From: Azolla caroliniana
Lineage: Eukaryota > Plantae > Polypodiophyta
DNA: 64,000 bases
NCBI GenBank assembly: GCA_043228905.1
Contig: JBHGNT010000015.1
Span: 372,001-436,000, forward strand
Reading direction: 5' to 3'
This document shows, piece by piece, positions 45,749 to 58,520 of this stretch; the first letter of the stretch is position 1; every line of letters begins with the position of its first letter. Position numbers and translations under genes: made by a program. A model generated the notes under the pieces. The model was not told the origin of the DNA and searched no databases. It saw only the letters and a program-made list of their open reading frames with translations.

Positions 45749-47858
45749 ATGAAGTTGATAATGTAATTTCTATCTATTTGCAAAACTATCACCTTGAGAA
45801 AAAGGCTACATTGCATATGGCCTGATTCACATGGCCCCCAACCTTATTGTTAGGACAACACTTCACACTTTGGTTGTGTAGCAGAATCTTAGGCATGCTA
45901 TATATATCTTCTTCGTGAATACTTCCACATATACTAGTATGTCCAATGTCACGTGATCATGTTCGCGGACAACCCTAATCCTTATCCTACCCCCCCCCCC
46001 CCCCAAATACACAACACATACATACAAAAGAAAAGGAATGTTTTCATCCCTGAAAACAAAGTTACAAACTAAAGGGAATCAACATTGTATTGTCATGTCA
46101 AGCATTTAGGTTAGGGATTGGTACGAATTGTTTACTCATAAATTTATGATGAGTTATGACACTAGCGTGCATGACGACTCGGGCGGGAGCATCATGAGAC
46201 AAGAAATTAATATCGAAAATGATGGTATGTGGTATTATTGTAAACTCAATCTTATGCCTATTTTATTTTCCAATGTGAAAGCTTTACCCCGCTGGTAATA
46301 AGTTCTAGATCATAGCCGACGAATAAATTAATACCAAGTACCCAATGTGAAGGATCTAGCGTTGAGACCAAATTTATACAACTATTACTTAGGCCCAAAA
46401 GCCCACAAAAGTAAAGATTTTATTCCATCATCTCAAGGTTGAAATATGCTCAAGTTCTTATTCCATTTGTCGTATATTTATAGAATGTCATGGCCCCTTG
46501 ACAAAATTAAACTCATACGGAAATTTTGACCAAGTGTTAGTGCCACTTGACATTTCATTTACCACTTTCTAAAATTTCAGCAATTTAACAACTAGTTGTC
46601 ATGTCTTTCTAGGTGCGTGATCTCGATAAATCACCTTGTGACTTACGGTTTTGATAATAAAAAAGAGAGAGAATACATCCCTTCCAAGTATTTCTTTGTG
46701 AGGGTTCTTTCACCATTGGAGTCGCTGAATTGTTCTACATCTACATGAATTTTATATCCAAGACAAAACACAAACAAATATACCATGATCACCTCCAAAT
46801 AAATTTATGAAATTGATCAAACTTGAAAGTAATTCTTAAAGGGGTCCCTCTCACCACTGAGGTCACTTTTAGTTGCTCCAAAATAATTCGTGTCTTTATT
46901 AGTGAGCAATGAGCAAATGTTCACATGATCAAGGGGTCCAAGTTAAGTTATGAAAGAATTGTCACTGCAAAAATTACATGAAAACCTATTATAAACACAT
47001 GTTGGATCATGCATCATATTTGTGGTTTACATGCATTGGAAAACTATAGCCCTTAATCAACAAAACTTGTCATAATGTCAAGAGATAATTCTCTCCTCTT
47101 GTCTTTCGGGAAGCACAGGAGGGTTCATTAAATGAGTAAAAATTCAAGACCTTTACAATTGTGGTTCCACACATAACGACGATGAAATTGCATTGCCTGC
47201 AAAAATGTTTCAATGCCAAAATTCTGTTGAATATTATGGCATAATCATCTAACTAGTTTAGCCATTGGTGTGCATTTCAGATTCATATATTTTGCACATA
47301 AGTCACAAAGCATGCTTACGATAGGTAACTCAACATTGAAAAGCAAGGTGCGCTACCACAGACTAATGTTCAGCGCTAAGCACTATGCTTAAAAACAATT
47401 AATGCAATAGTTTACCTCAACATTGAAAAGCTAGTCGCTCGCACCAAAGCTGATATTCAGAGCAAAGCAAAACCCCAAATCAGATGATTGCTTGATTTCT
47501 TAGTGCTGTCACTCTCTATAGACCCTCACAACTAAATGCTAACATGTAGGATGGGAACACAAAAATTAAAAGCGCAGTCAATTCCTACCGTTACAAAGTT
47601 AATACATTAATACCTTATCATGAATAAAAATGGGCAATTATCAAGATACCCCACCACTAAAGTTTTAAGTGATATCTCTCTCCTCTCCAATTACACTTAA
47701 AAAAGCTCAAGATTACTCCTCACTTGGGGCGCATGATATCAAAACATATCCTGGATCCATGTTCAGAGCTCATATACAAACTTGATTTACTGCTTTCAAA
47801 AAGGAACCGACATTTTTTAATTGGGAAGTTATATGCCCAAAAACTCTGGGAAATTCTT

Positions 47859-50800
47859 TTACACCCCAATAGTTTGGTCTAATACAAATGGTATACTTCC
47901 CAATAACGCATTCTTGTAGTTACTAACAGATCGAGCAACCTCCTCCTTGCCAGCTATCTTTGATAGCTCTAAACCGGTCCCATCCTTTCCAGCTATCTTT
48001 GATGGCAATAAACCAGTCCCCTCTTTCGTCATGATCTTATCATCAAGATCCTCTTTCTTGGTATGCACAATACTGTCCTTGCCTCCCTCAATCCTCTTTG
48101 AAATAGTTTCCATGTCAACCTTCAATTTAGTCATCTTCAACTCGATGTTTTTAACTGTAGTTTTGCCAACTAAAGGAGAACCATTCTCTTTATCATTTGA
48201 TAGCACATCAGCAGCTATATTATTTATCCTTCCAGCATTCTTGTCTTTAAACTGCTTCACCATCTGGACAAGCAAAAGTCAAGTTATTTTCTCAAATTCA
48301 ATGGGTAAGGCTGAAACACATAATATGCATTCAAATATAAAAACCTGTTGTCGTTGCTGCTGCTGATGCTGCTTTAACTTCCTCTCCTGCAGAACCTTTT
48401 GGCGGCCATCGTAGAAGGCAAAGTCATCAAGCAAAGATGTTCTCGTTGGGAAAAACTTGAAGATCTTCAGCATTTCAAGTCCTTGGTGGAAATGCACCTG
48501 CCAATCACTAAATTGATGAAGACTTGGGACCCGAAAACAATTTCCAGAATGTATTTCAAGATCATAAGCAATTTCATATACTCAAAACCAAAGGGCAAAC
48601 CAAGTAACAATTTACCTCTTGGGTATCTCGACTATGGGTAACAGGTTTGTTCTCATTATTTGAAAGGATGATATGTCTAAAGTGACCATTGGGCACATCT
48701 TTGATAATATGCCACTTCACAGAGAAGCAACCATTCCATTTTCCTTGCAACCAAAAATCCATGTTTTTGTTGAAATCAACAGGTCCCACCATCTCAGCTA
48801 CCCCACAGAACTGGCCACTGGAATTGACCTGCAAGTTGTGAAACGTTATGAAACATATCCACAGCAACAAAAGAAAGCAACCCATCCTTGCAAACAAAAT
48901 GATCCATAAACCGAAACCAGAAACAAAATTTAAAAGAAGGTCCTTGAGACTCACTGAAAAGAAAAAGAAAACTGGGCAGACAGCCAAGATCGACTTGGAT
49001 TGTTCCTGAGCTTTCTTATAAGCATCATCCAAACTTTTGTTGCCATTAGGTGTGCTTGACCAAACACCATACTTGATACTTTTATGTACATCATCTTCAC
49101 TATAAGACTTGATAATGAAGAATTTGGCCTTCTCATACGAAATCTGGAAATTTTCTTTGTTAAAATCATCCTTACTTATTGGACAAGCATGACCCTTTGT
49201 CATAGAATCGGATTGGAAAGCCGGACCATCATGTTCTTCCATTGTATCCACCTTACACTTTGTTGTGCAAGAAACTTGGCTTTGATCCTGGATAACATCA
49301 TTGCTGAACATATTGCTTACAGGATCCTTGATTTTGTCGAGAACCTTTGTGGTACCCTTTGGCCTCCAATTGGTTCCCCCTGATAAACCTTTTAGAGCAT
49401 TTGCCTTAAACCCTTTTCCATAAATATTGGGCGCAAAGTGTGTCCTAGGATTATTCTGGTATCGCCCCGGTAAAAAAGGAATATAATTCCCTTGCAAACC
49501 CATATTCTGTTTAGAAAGGCATCCGATCCTTGAGTATGCAAATCGAAAAACAGAAACTGGAAAATATCTCTCAAAACAGTTAAAAGTTTTTCAACCTGAG
49601 GCGGAGGTATGGGCTGAAATCCTTGCGCGGAAGAATGCCACTGCTGAGAATAGAAATCGTACCCATTGGAAGAACCATAGAAATTACCATCTGCAGTTGC
49701 TGGATACAAGCCCCATTGATTCGTTCCATCTAATGGAAGAAAGTTCTTAAATCCAGCTTGATACCCTTGCCTACCATTAGCTACAGATTTCGCCGTAAGA
49801 GAGTGACCCTCTTTGTTAGTGGCTTGTTTCTTAATAGATGTCTTAGCTCCTTCTAACTCAGCAGGATAGTGTTGCATGATTGAAGACGGAACTTGTGGAT
49901 AGTAGTGCATATACTGTGGTCCATATCCAGGCGAAACTGAACCCATATTTGACATATAATGTCCTAAGGGTTGTGTGAGGTATGAAGACGGCTGATATCC
50001 ATAGCTCGGACCATAGTACATATGTTGTTGCCTATTCTCAGCAACGATGCCCTATGATAAATATGATAAACAAAACTTTCTAATACAATATTAAGATCAC
50101 ACATAAAGGAAAACTTAAACCAATCAGAAACCTCACCGGGTAGAGATTCCTTCCATCTTTGATTTCCTCACAGCCTGCCAAGGACGAGACACAGCCTGCA
50201 AGGTACTTCGTTTTTATTAGACAGCGTAGGTATGGACTAGTGACCCCTCCATGTGTATTCAGAGAAGTTGAATCAGTATTTACGAAAAGAAAAATTAAGA
50301 TTATTTCCTCCACTGTAAATAAGATTGAGAGACATAATCATCTGAAAACAAAAGTACCCGTGTCTGCATTTCCTCCATCTGATCTACTTACGAGTGCAGA
50401 ATCTCCAATTTCCTTTTCAAGGATACCTTGCTCCTAGATATATACCAAATAATGAAGATTTATTTCTTTTGACTTCATAATGTAAAGATACATAAAGAAA
50501 ACTAGCCAATTCAATAACAAATAAATAACCAGCTTCTTGAAATATTTGACCAACAGACAAACAAGAATATTTTGTTTTTCGTCTACTCAGTAAAACATAA
50601 GTTAAACTGTTGTTCAAAAATACTGCAATTTGCAATGGCAAAAAAGACGAAAAATAAACTGTTCAGTACAAACATAGTTGAACCCGCTACTTCAAATGTG
50701 ACAAATTAAGATGGAAATGGGACTCTATCTCTTCAAAAGTTTACCCTATTCAGTGAAGAATACATGAGGGGCTGCTCAAAATATTATAACTATGGTTGGA

Positions 50801-51954
50801 AACGAGAAAAGGCTCTTCAAAGCACTAATAAATAAAAAAGTAATTAAATTGCAAATTAAAACACCACAATTCAGTTTGGAATTGGAATGACTCCATCTCT
50901 CAGATAGCCACACAGCATAGAAGCATGTATTACGAGTAAATTTACCTGGGGTGGCTCCGACTTGAAGCCACCATTAGTCAACACTCGAATCTCTTCAATT
51001 GCCTCTGATACAAGTCAAGAAATGTACATTTAAAAGAACACTGAAAGAGAAGTGGTGACAGACAAATCGTTATGTCGATGAAATGCCACAGTAAACAACA
51101 GAAAGCTTTCAAATTGAGCATTAGAAAATTCAATGGTGCAGACAAAAACTCCTTGAAACTGTGAGCAAGTAGACGGGCATAACTTTCTCACATGAATTTC
51201 ATAAACAAATAGAAATATACTTGCAAACTGGGCACTTGGGTCTGACCATGACTATGTTACACTTCAAATCAGAAAATTGGTTTCAATTTGGGACATAAGG
51301 GATCAATTGCGAGGCAACAATATTAGACATTGGCATGTATATGTATGTACTATGTACTATGTACTATGTATGTATGTATGTACGTATGTACGTATGAATG
51401 TAGATATGTATGTACTATATACTATCTATGTGTGTACTATGTATGTATGTATGAATGTAGATATGTATGTACTATATACTATCTATGTGTGTACTATGTA
51501 TGTATATACGTATGTATGTATGTATGTATGTATGTATGTACGTACGTACGTACTATGTATGGATGTACAGTGTACTATGTATGTATGTATGTATGTATGT
51601 ATATACATGTGTATGTGTGGGCGTGTTAGAGGGGAGGGAGTGTTGCGAACCAAATGAAGGAAGGTTATTACTACTTTTCCTTCTCGGGAGGGACGAACCT
51701 TCCAGTATGTATAGAATAGAACACAAACCAAACGAGCAATCAAGAAAACCCCGGGGGGGTTTAAGAGAAGACAAAAGACAGGGTAGCAAAACGCAGATCT
51801 GCAATACACCTAGTGGGAGCAATGGAAATCAGGTAGAGAGGAGAGGGATGGAGAAGAAGAGGAATGAACGGGACAGAAAGTTGAAAAAAAAAAAAAAAAA
51901 AAGGATACGTGGAGCAGAGTCGGGAGCATGATGTACCAAGTCTGCCATAGCCAT
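47859..51954 (-). CDS. YTH-domain m6A reader (YTHDF/ECT family), 9 exons
   Basis: Exons (minus) 51954-51909, 51004-50946, 50433-50358, 50174-50137, 50051-49596, 49506-48955, 48828-48616, 48497-48345 and 48263-47859. Y/P/Q/G-rich N-terminal region, then YTH: [34 protein letters not shown]|[42 protein letters not shown]|[16 protein letters not shown]. Trp cage intact. The four small 5' exons are less certain. Confidence 0.93.
51334..51618. repeat. Degenerate (TATG)n / (TACTATG)n microsatellite in YTH intron 1
   Basis: Read directly; source of the spurious MYVC-rich ORFs. Confidence 0.95.
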
Positions 51955-52573
51955 CGAAGTTGCAGAAGGTCTGTGTGCAGGTAGAGAGAGAGGATTGGGT
52001 GGGGGTGTATACAAGGAGAGAAGAGTAAAGTAAGAAGAAGGGAGGGGAGGTAGAGCTATGGAAGCTCTGGAGGGTTTTCTTGTATTGGGGGTCTTCTGGG
52101 AACAGGGGAGGGGAGGTGGAAAGGAAAGGAAAGGAAAGAAAAAGTGGGAAGGAATGGAACCTTCAACCTTTAACAAAAGCCAAACAAAAAGAAATATATT
52201 GTGAAATGCACACCACAATATGTATACATAATATATGCATATGTATATCACATATTATGTGTATAATTATATATATATATATACATAATATGTACATACA
52301 TTATACACATGTATAAAGATATGTAAATTTATACATATATATGTACATATCATTGTATGTATGTGTACATGTGTGTGTGTATGTGTGTTATTTGTGTGTC
52401 ATATATAGAAGCCACAACATGATGAAGTTGTCTCCATCAATGTACACACACCCGTGCCAATCCGCCCCCGGAGTCCACATATGATGCCTCGAGTGAGTGC
52501 TGATCGAACTCCTCCTCCCATAAGTAGGCTTTGCTACACCTCGGTTGTAGGCCGAGTCCTTTATTAGCTTACA

Positions 52574-52600
52574 CACTACTACGAAATGAATTCAAAATGT
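52574..52600 (+). mobile_element. Possible orphan CACTA terminal inverted repeat
   Basis: CACTACTACGAAAT resembles CACTA-superfamily termini. I did not find a partner end. Confidence 0.25.
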
Positions 52601-54712
52601 TGTTACCAATCGCGCTCTACACCTCGCAAATTCAAATTTCACTACATGTACTAATTTGTATGATGCCACTTGCGAAAGGAATGTGAAGGGTTGTTCCCAA
52701 TTGAGCTACAGCCGGTTAAAGTCAACTTTCCACATATACATATGTGCTTCCTCGTTTCACAAAGGGCTCGTTGTGGGCATTCTTGTTTCTCATGGGCATG
52801 GATGAATGTCATGATAAAATAAACACTATTTGTCCATATTGCAAACCCCAATCGAAGAGTTTTTGTGTATAGTATGTTAAATCTTCGACACATACATGTC
52901 TATATCAACTCCTCTACTTTCATGTTGAAAAGTGCCTCGTGTTGATGAAAGCTTGCACTCCTTGTTGGCTTGTTGGTGTCCAATCGGATGAGCATAAGCA
53001 TTTTGCCACATTGTGTTAACCACGTCGAACATACTTCTAGATTTGCTCTTCTTCCTCCCAACGTTTTGAAGTGGCCCTCGTATCATATCACAAATGATGA
53101 TATTGAAACCGCTCAAGGCGCATTGACATTCTTCCACTTTCACAAAGTTCCATTGTATATGACATTGTCTCTAGGTTGTCTACCACATTGTCTCTAGGTT
53201 GTCTACGTATAAGCATACCACAACTTTCCATGTATAAACATTCATCCATTGTGTTTATGTGTCCATCACAAATATACGAACAACTTTCCACGTCATCAAA
53301 ACTAGTGTGCCATGATTTTGAGGCATATTCTCATTTTTTGTTGTTTTGTGTCCGCACATGTATATGTTACTTTGATTTAGCATTTTGCACAATTTTTCTC
53401 GAACTTTGTTGTGGCTAGGCCCATCCAACATTTTTTTTCGCACAGTGCGTACTATTGACATGTGACCCTTCGATTTCCTGTGTTTCGCATTTGCACAAAG
53501 TCTACCTACAGTTAAAGATGATCCACCCTTGAACCTCTTGCCTTTACCTTCTTAATTGAGATGTGGAAATTGAGTATAATTAGTTGCAAAAATATAACCT
53601 CAACATAATTGGGAAATCTTATGGAGGGTTGAATTGTTAAAATAAATATATTGATTTGGATGCATGGATGAAAATATAGGTCCCACTTTTTTCCTATTGA
53701 TGTGCAATAGAATGTTTCAATCATGCCTCCACCTTTATCCAACAATAATGGAGCCTAATTCGAGGTAACAATAAATTGGGCTCGCTTTGACGGAATCCAT
53801 TGTCAACATGCTAGTGATTCAACCAAGTGGAGATCTTTGTATTTTTTAAATTGACCATAAAATGACTCTACGATTGTTTAAAAGTAACCAAAGCAAGATG
53901 TATTATTGTCTTGCATAACCAAGTAATCACAAGCAAATCATAAAGAAGGATTCTATTGTCCAAAGTAATGGGCTCCAATGACACTCACACATGGAACTCT
54001 TCAATCGATGTTCTAACATTGTAGTTTTTACATGTGACAATATGAGAGACACTTATTTAGAAACAAATTATGAGCTTGCTTTAAAGGCATATAAAGTTCT
54101 TGCATTTTGGTGCATAATGTCTTGATTGATGAATATGCTCATGGCCTTTGTACTATTAAAGGGGGGGGGGGGGTAGGTTTTACCAAGGAACCATATCAAA
54201 TTGCAATATTCAATCATTTGTTGCAAAAATTGAACTTTTCCGTAAATATGGCATTTATGAGATGACATTACTCTCTCATTCCAAAATACTAATCTTATCT
54301 CCTTAATGAAGAATGTCTACAATAAAACCTCTAGTGATGCGATGGAAATGATTTGGATATTGTTGATGGATGAGTTTCAATATCTCATTATTATGTAGAG
54401 GTTGCAGAGAAAAGTAAATAAACATAGCATCACCTCCTCTTGAGAGAGATACATAAACTACTATTTGTGGGATCCTGGTTTGAAATTACTAGAGAAAGCC
54501 TTGTGCCACAAAATCTTAAGGTTGGATTCACATTACAATGCCAACAAGGGGCATCAAGTGTCGTACCGGCATGTATCATTTCACATTTAACGAAAGCGAG
54601 ATTATAGTTATTATTGGCTGGATGGTTAGGTTAACATGCTTCCTACCCATGTATGTGACTTTGAATCTTGCCACGCATTCAATGAAAATTTGTATTGGAG
54701 TTGAAAAGGTAT

Positions 54713-54784
54713 GTCGTGATGTCATTCTATCATTGTTATCGCTCGTATTAAATGTCGTGATGTCATTCTATCATTGTTATCGCT
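54713..54784. repeat. Short direct duplication (~41-bp period)
   Basis: ATGTCGTGATGTCATTCTATCATTGTTATCGCT twice. Confidence 0.9.
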
Positions 54785-55482
54785 TATCAAGCATGAATCT
54801 AGCCTAATCATGTTATTTATAAATGACGAGTATACTTTTGCTAGGTACTGCAATTGACTCTCATTGCAACAAAGCTACAAGCTTTTGGAGATTTCAATTT
54901 GCAAATCCATGTATTTCCAAGCATTTTGGTCGGTAGGGAGAAGTGAGGGAAGATTGATTAAAAACACGAAGACAACATAACATTTCGACAAGGTGTATAC
55001 ATATTTTCATAACACGATGTAGCAAAATCAACACAATATCTCCGTTCTTCTCTCATAGCTTTTGAACAAAAAAGAACAGTTGTAGAGAAAAACGCAATCA
55101 TAAAATTCTGTTGTGTAATTGAAAAAAAGAGCAATTATTAAGAAGGAATCAAACGCGATGTCTCGAGGGCACGTTCTATGTGAGCGATCTCTACTCTATC
55201 CGAGTTAATTTGTGGTGGAGAGGAAGAGAGAGAGAAAGATATATTAACTAACGTCTTCTAAGGCCAAAATTGGCCCATGAGACAATTGGTTTACAACAAA
55301 AATGGGATATTTACCCATGAGAGAGAGGGGGGTATTATTGGATAATTTCCTGAAGTATGGTATAGGGGTATTTTTGGGAGAATTTGCAAAAACTCTCGTG
55401 CGCGTGTGTGAGAGAGAGCATGAGAATATCATTCATTCATTCATTCTACCCTTCATTTATGAGACCGCTCCAAAAGCGCACG

Positions 55483-55485
<3 letters not shown>

Positions 55486-55527
<42 letters not shown>
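55486..55527. repeat. (GA)n microsatellite upstream of the SSL gene
   Basis: Read directly; could act as a GAGA (BPC/BBR) element, which is inference. Confidence 0.9.
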
Positions 55528-55529
<2 letters not shown>

Positions 55530-55704
55530 ATGCGTAAGCTGCTGCTTACCAGCAGCGCACAGAGCATTTTGTGCAGAACCCACCCTAACACAGACCACAC
55601 CAAAAGAGAAAGAGATGCAGGGGATGTCAGAGAGAGAGAGAGATTAGAGATGAAATCGCTTAAAAAGGATCATTAATTTAGGAGAGAGCGGTGCTCAATT
55701 TCCC

Positions 55705-57956
55705 ATGGCTCGCAACTCTGCCCCTGCCCCTGTCATCGCTGTTTGCTTGGTGGTCGCCATAGCCACATTGATTGCAGTCGATCCATGGAAGCTCAGCCCT
55801 ATATCTGGTGTGCCCAATTTCGAGGCTAAGCCGATGGTTCCACCCATCCCACGCCCAGGAACGCTGGCCTTCCCACGGGACCACGACAACAAACTGGACC
55901 GCCCTTCGCACGTGCGTTTCCTCCGTCATGTCATGGGGCCTGAGAGCCTGGCCTTCGATTCGGAGGGTGGAGGCCCCTATACAGGAATTGCCGATGGTCG
56001 CATCATGCGTTGGGATGGTCCCATCCTTGGATGGACTCCCTTTGCCACGCTTTATCCCAATGGGTAACGCATTTTTGCTTCCTTCCTAATGTTGAATTTG
56101 ATGACGGTATATTGATTGTATTACTATCTATCTATGCCATATGCTATTATTTACTATTAGGGTAAACTCCTAAAGTTTTTCTTTATTCCTCTAGTTGCTC
56201 CTACGGTGTTGTTGTTTCCCCAAATGCCATCGTCTCTACGGCAGTTTAGGGTTTAGGGTTTAGGTTTATTGCGCCAAAAAGAAAAGAAAAGATTATTATC
56301 TTACGGGTTTTACATGCTTAAAACCGCTTCTCGGAAGCGAGCCCTCCTTACACATGTCAAAATCCCCTCCAGCCCCCTTTCACTCCTTTGTTGTGATGGT
56401 ATATTATCTATGATATCCTTTGTATCTTCAGGTTATTCAGAAAACCCTTTCTCGGATGTGAATGTGCCACTTCATTTTGATCCTATGATGTATGGATCAC
56501 CTTTCTTTTGTTTTTGAGATTATGAATCGACCATTTTCTGAAGTGACTCCTGCTTATTAAAATCTAAATCCTCTTTTCCATTTCTTTGCTTGTGATGCTA
56601 TTATTTTCTCTATTCTTTTATTTTTTGAGGTTCTTAACATGGTTTTCTTGCGTAAAACCATTTATCAGAAGTGAATCATGCATACCTCAATTCCCCCCTG
56701 TGGCAAATCTTTCCATTGAGCACATTTGTGGCCGCCCTCTTGGAATCCACTTCATGAAGCAAACAGGGGAGCTATACATTGCGGATGCATATCATGGTTT
56801 ATGCGTGGTTGGACCTAATGGTGGGGAAGCGAAGCTTATAGCTGGAGAAGCCGATGGTGTACGATTTGGCTTTACAAATGATGTAGAGATAAGCGCAGAT
56901 GGCTTAGTATACTTTTCTGATAGCAGCATAAACTACCAGAGAAGGTAAGGGGGTCCAATCTTTACCTTCTTTGAATTGGTACTCAATGTCTAATGTTTTT
57001 TATTTGTACCATGAACTTGTATCACAGGCAGTTCCTATTAACTTCTCTATCAGGAGATGATACTGGGAGGATCTTGTGTTACAATCCATTAACCAAGGAA
57101 GTGAAAGTCCTATATAAAGGAATTCAGTTTCCCAATGGTTTAGCCCTCAGCAAAGATGAATCTTTTCTGGTTGTAGCTCAGACAACCACCTGCAGGTTAG
57201 GTGTTTGTCCTCCCAACAATGACATGTTTTTCTTCCTTCTAATTTGCTGGGCATTTGCAATTTGCGGAAACTAAGTGCAAGGGTGAGAGCTGAGCATCTA
57301 ATCTATAACTAAAAATGGATGGAGTTTTACTATGGTAGGTTGCATATGTTAGAGAAACAACGTTACAACAACATATAAACAGAGCATGTAATTAGTGAGG
57401 TATGAAGTGCATCGACAAATATTCCAGCTAACGACTTCCATAGTGAAGAAGAGGACTAGGATCTTTCTCACATGTTGAGACGTGGATGACACATAGACGC
57501 CTTTGATATTTACTTACACAATGAAACATTAAAATTGCCTTACTATAATGTTGTAGGCTGTCACGGTTTTGGTTGAAGGGTGAAAAAGCTGGGAAGTTCG
57601 AGACATTCGTGGAGTTGCCTGGACCTCCAGATAATGTTCGTGTTAATGAAGCTGGGGAATTCTGGGTTGCCCTTCACTGCAGGCAGATGAAGTCTGTTTG
57701 GGTGATTTTTGCCTATCCTTGGCTGAGGCGTGCAATTCTTAGTCTTCCCATACCCATGAAGCATTTATATAAGTTTCTTTTGGGTGGAAGACCTCATGCT
57801 ATGCTTTTGCGATATGATTCCAATGGCAAACTGCTAGAAGTGCTTGAAGATAACATGGGTAATACAATAAAGCTTGTTAGTGAAGTTGAAGAAAGAGATG
57901 GTGAACTGTGGTTGGGTTCAGTGCTAATGGATTATGTTGCAGTTTACACAAGATAG
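55705..57956 (+). CDS. Strictosidine synthase-like (SSL) six-bladed beta-propeller protein, 4 exons
   Basis: Exons 55705-56063, 56669-56944, 57028-57195 and 57557-57956, all phase-2 GT-AG. N-terminal signal/anchor; GPESLAFDSEGGGPYTGIADGRIMRW, EHICGRPLG, LYIADAYHGL, FTNDVEI, YFSDSS, FPNGLALSKD, LPGPPDNVR, VSEVEERDGELWLGSV. Metal-ligand pattern (GPE, N, NG, DN) of the hydrolase-like SSL subgroup. Confidence 0.95.
56245..56268 (+). repeat. Short (TTTAGGG)n telo-box cluster in SSL intron 1
   Basis: TTTAGGGTTTAGGGTTTAGGTTTA. Confidence 0.8.
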
Positions 57957-58520
57957 TTATTAGTGTCTAAATCAGTCTTAAGCACTGAATTGCAATGACA
58001 TCAAGCATTGATCCATTCATATACAAAGGATGAAGGTTCTAAGGACTACATAATTATATGCTAAAAAGTTGGAGTATAGATCAACCAATAGTTAGAATCC
58101 TCGACGATCAAGCTTTTGATGGATGTCCTGATTCATAAACCCTGAAATGTGATCTAGAATGGTCAAATTGTTTGGAACGTAATTAAGGTATTGAAAATTG
58201 AGTAGAGAATTGAGAATGCTCTTATGATAGTCTTTGGTAATGGAACAACCCATTTAAAAACAAAAGCATTTGAAAGGATATGAAACCAATGTTAAGCAAT
58301 TTAAACAAAATGTTTTTACATTGAATTAAGCCATTCAAACCACAGGTTAGCTCTTCTTTTTCAGTACATGCATCGAACCTTCTGGGATTTCCATGTATGT
58401 GATTAACATGGCTTAAACCTTGGATTTCTGACATGCTGAATGTTTTGTGGATGGGAGTACATTTTTGTTTTTCCAAAGGAATATAATTGTATACATCTTA
58501 GGAATTTGAAAGCAATGAAT

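Noticed and set aside
45475-45816. Poly-Phe and poly-Lys ORFs
   Set aside because: Translations of the (T6-7C)n tract.
48264-48344. Apparent stop between ORFs 48279-48497 and 47859-48275
   Set aside because: Explained by an 81-nt phase-0 GT-AG intron; the YTH gene is not a pseudogene.
50175-50313. Open frame suggesting a longer YTH exon 4
   Set aside because: It would need a ~45-nt intron; the acceptor at 50175 is more plausible, though unverified.
51277-51931. Overlapping MYVC/HTYI-rich ORFs
   Set aside because: Translations of the (TATG)n microsatellite in YTH intron 1.
55705-57956. True strictosidine synthase or a biosynthetic gene cluster with the peptidase and SKS genes
   Set aside because: The protein has the general SSL hydrolase-like pattern, the enzymes are over 40 kb apart and separated by unrelated regulatory genes, and no shared pathway is supported.
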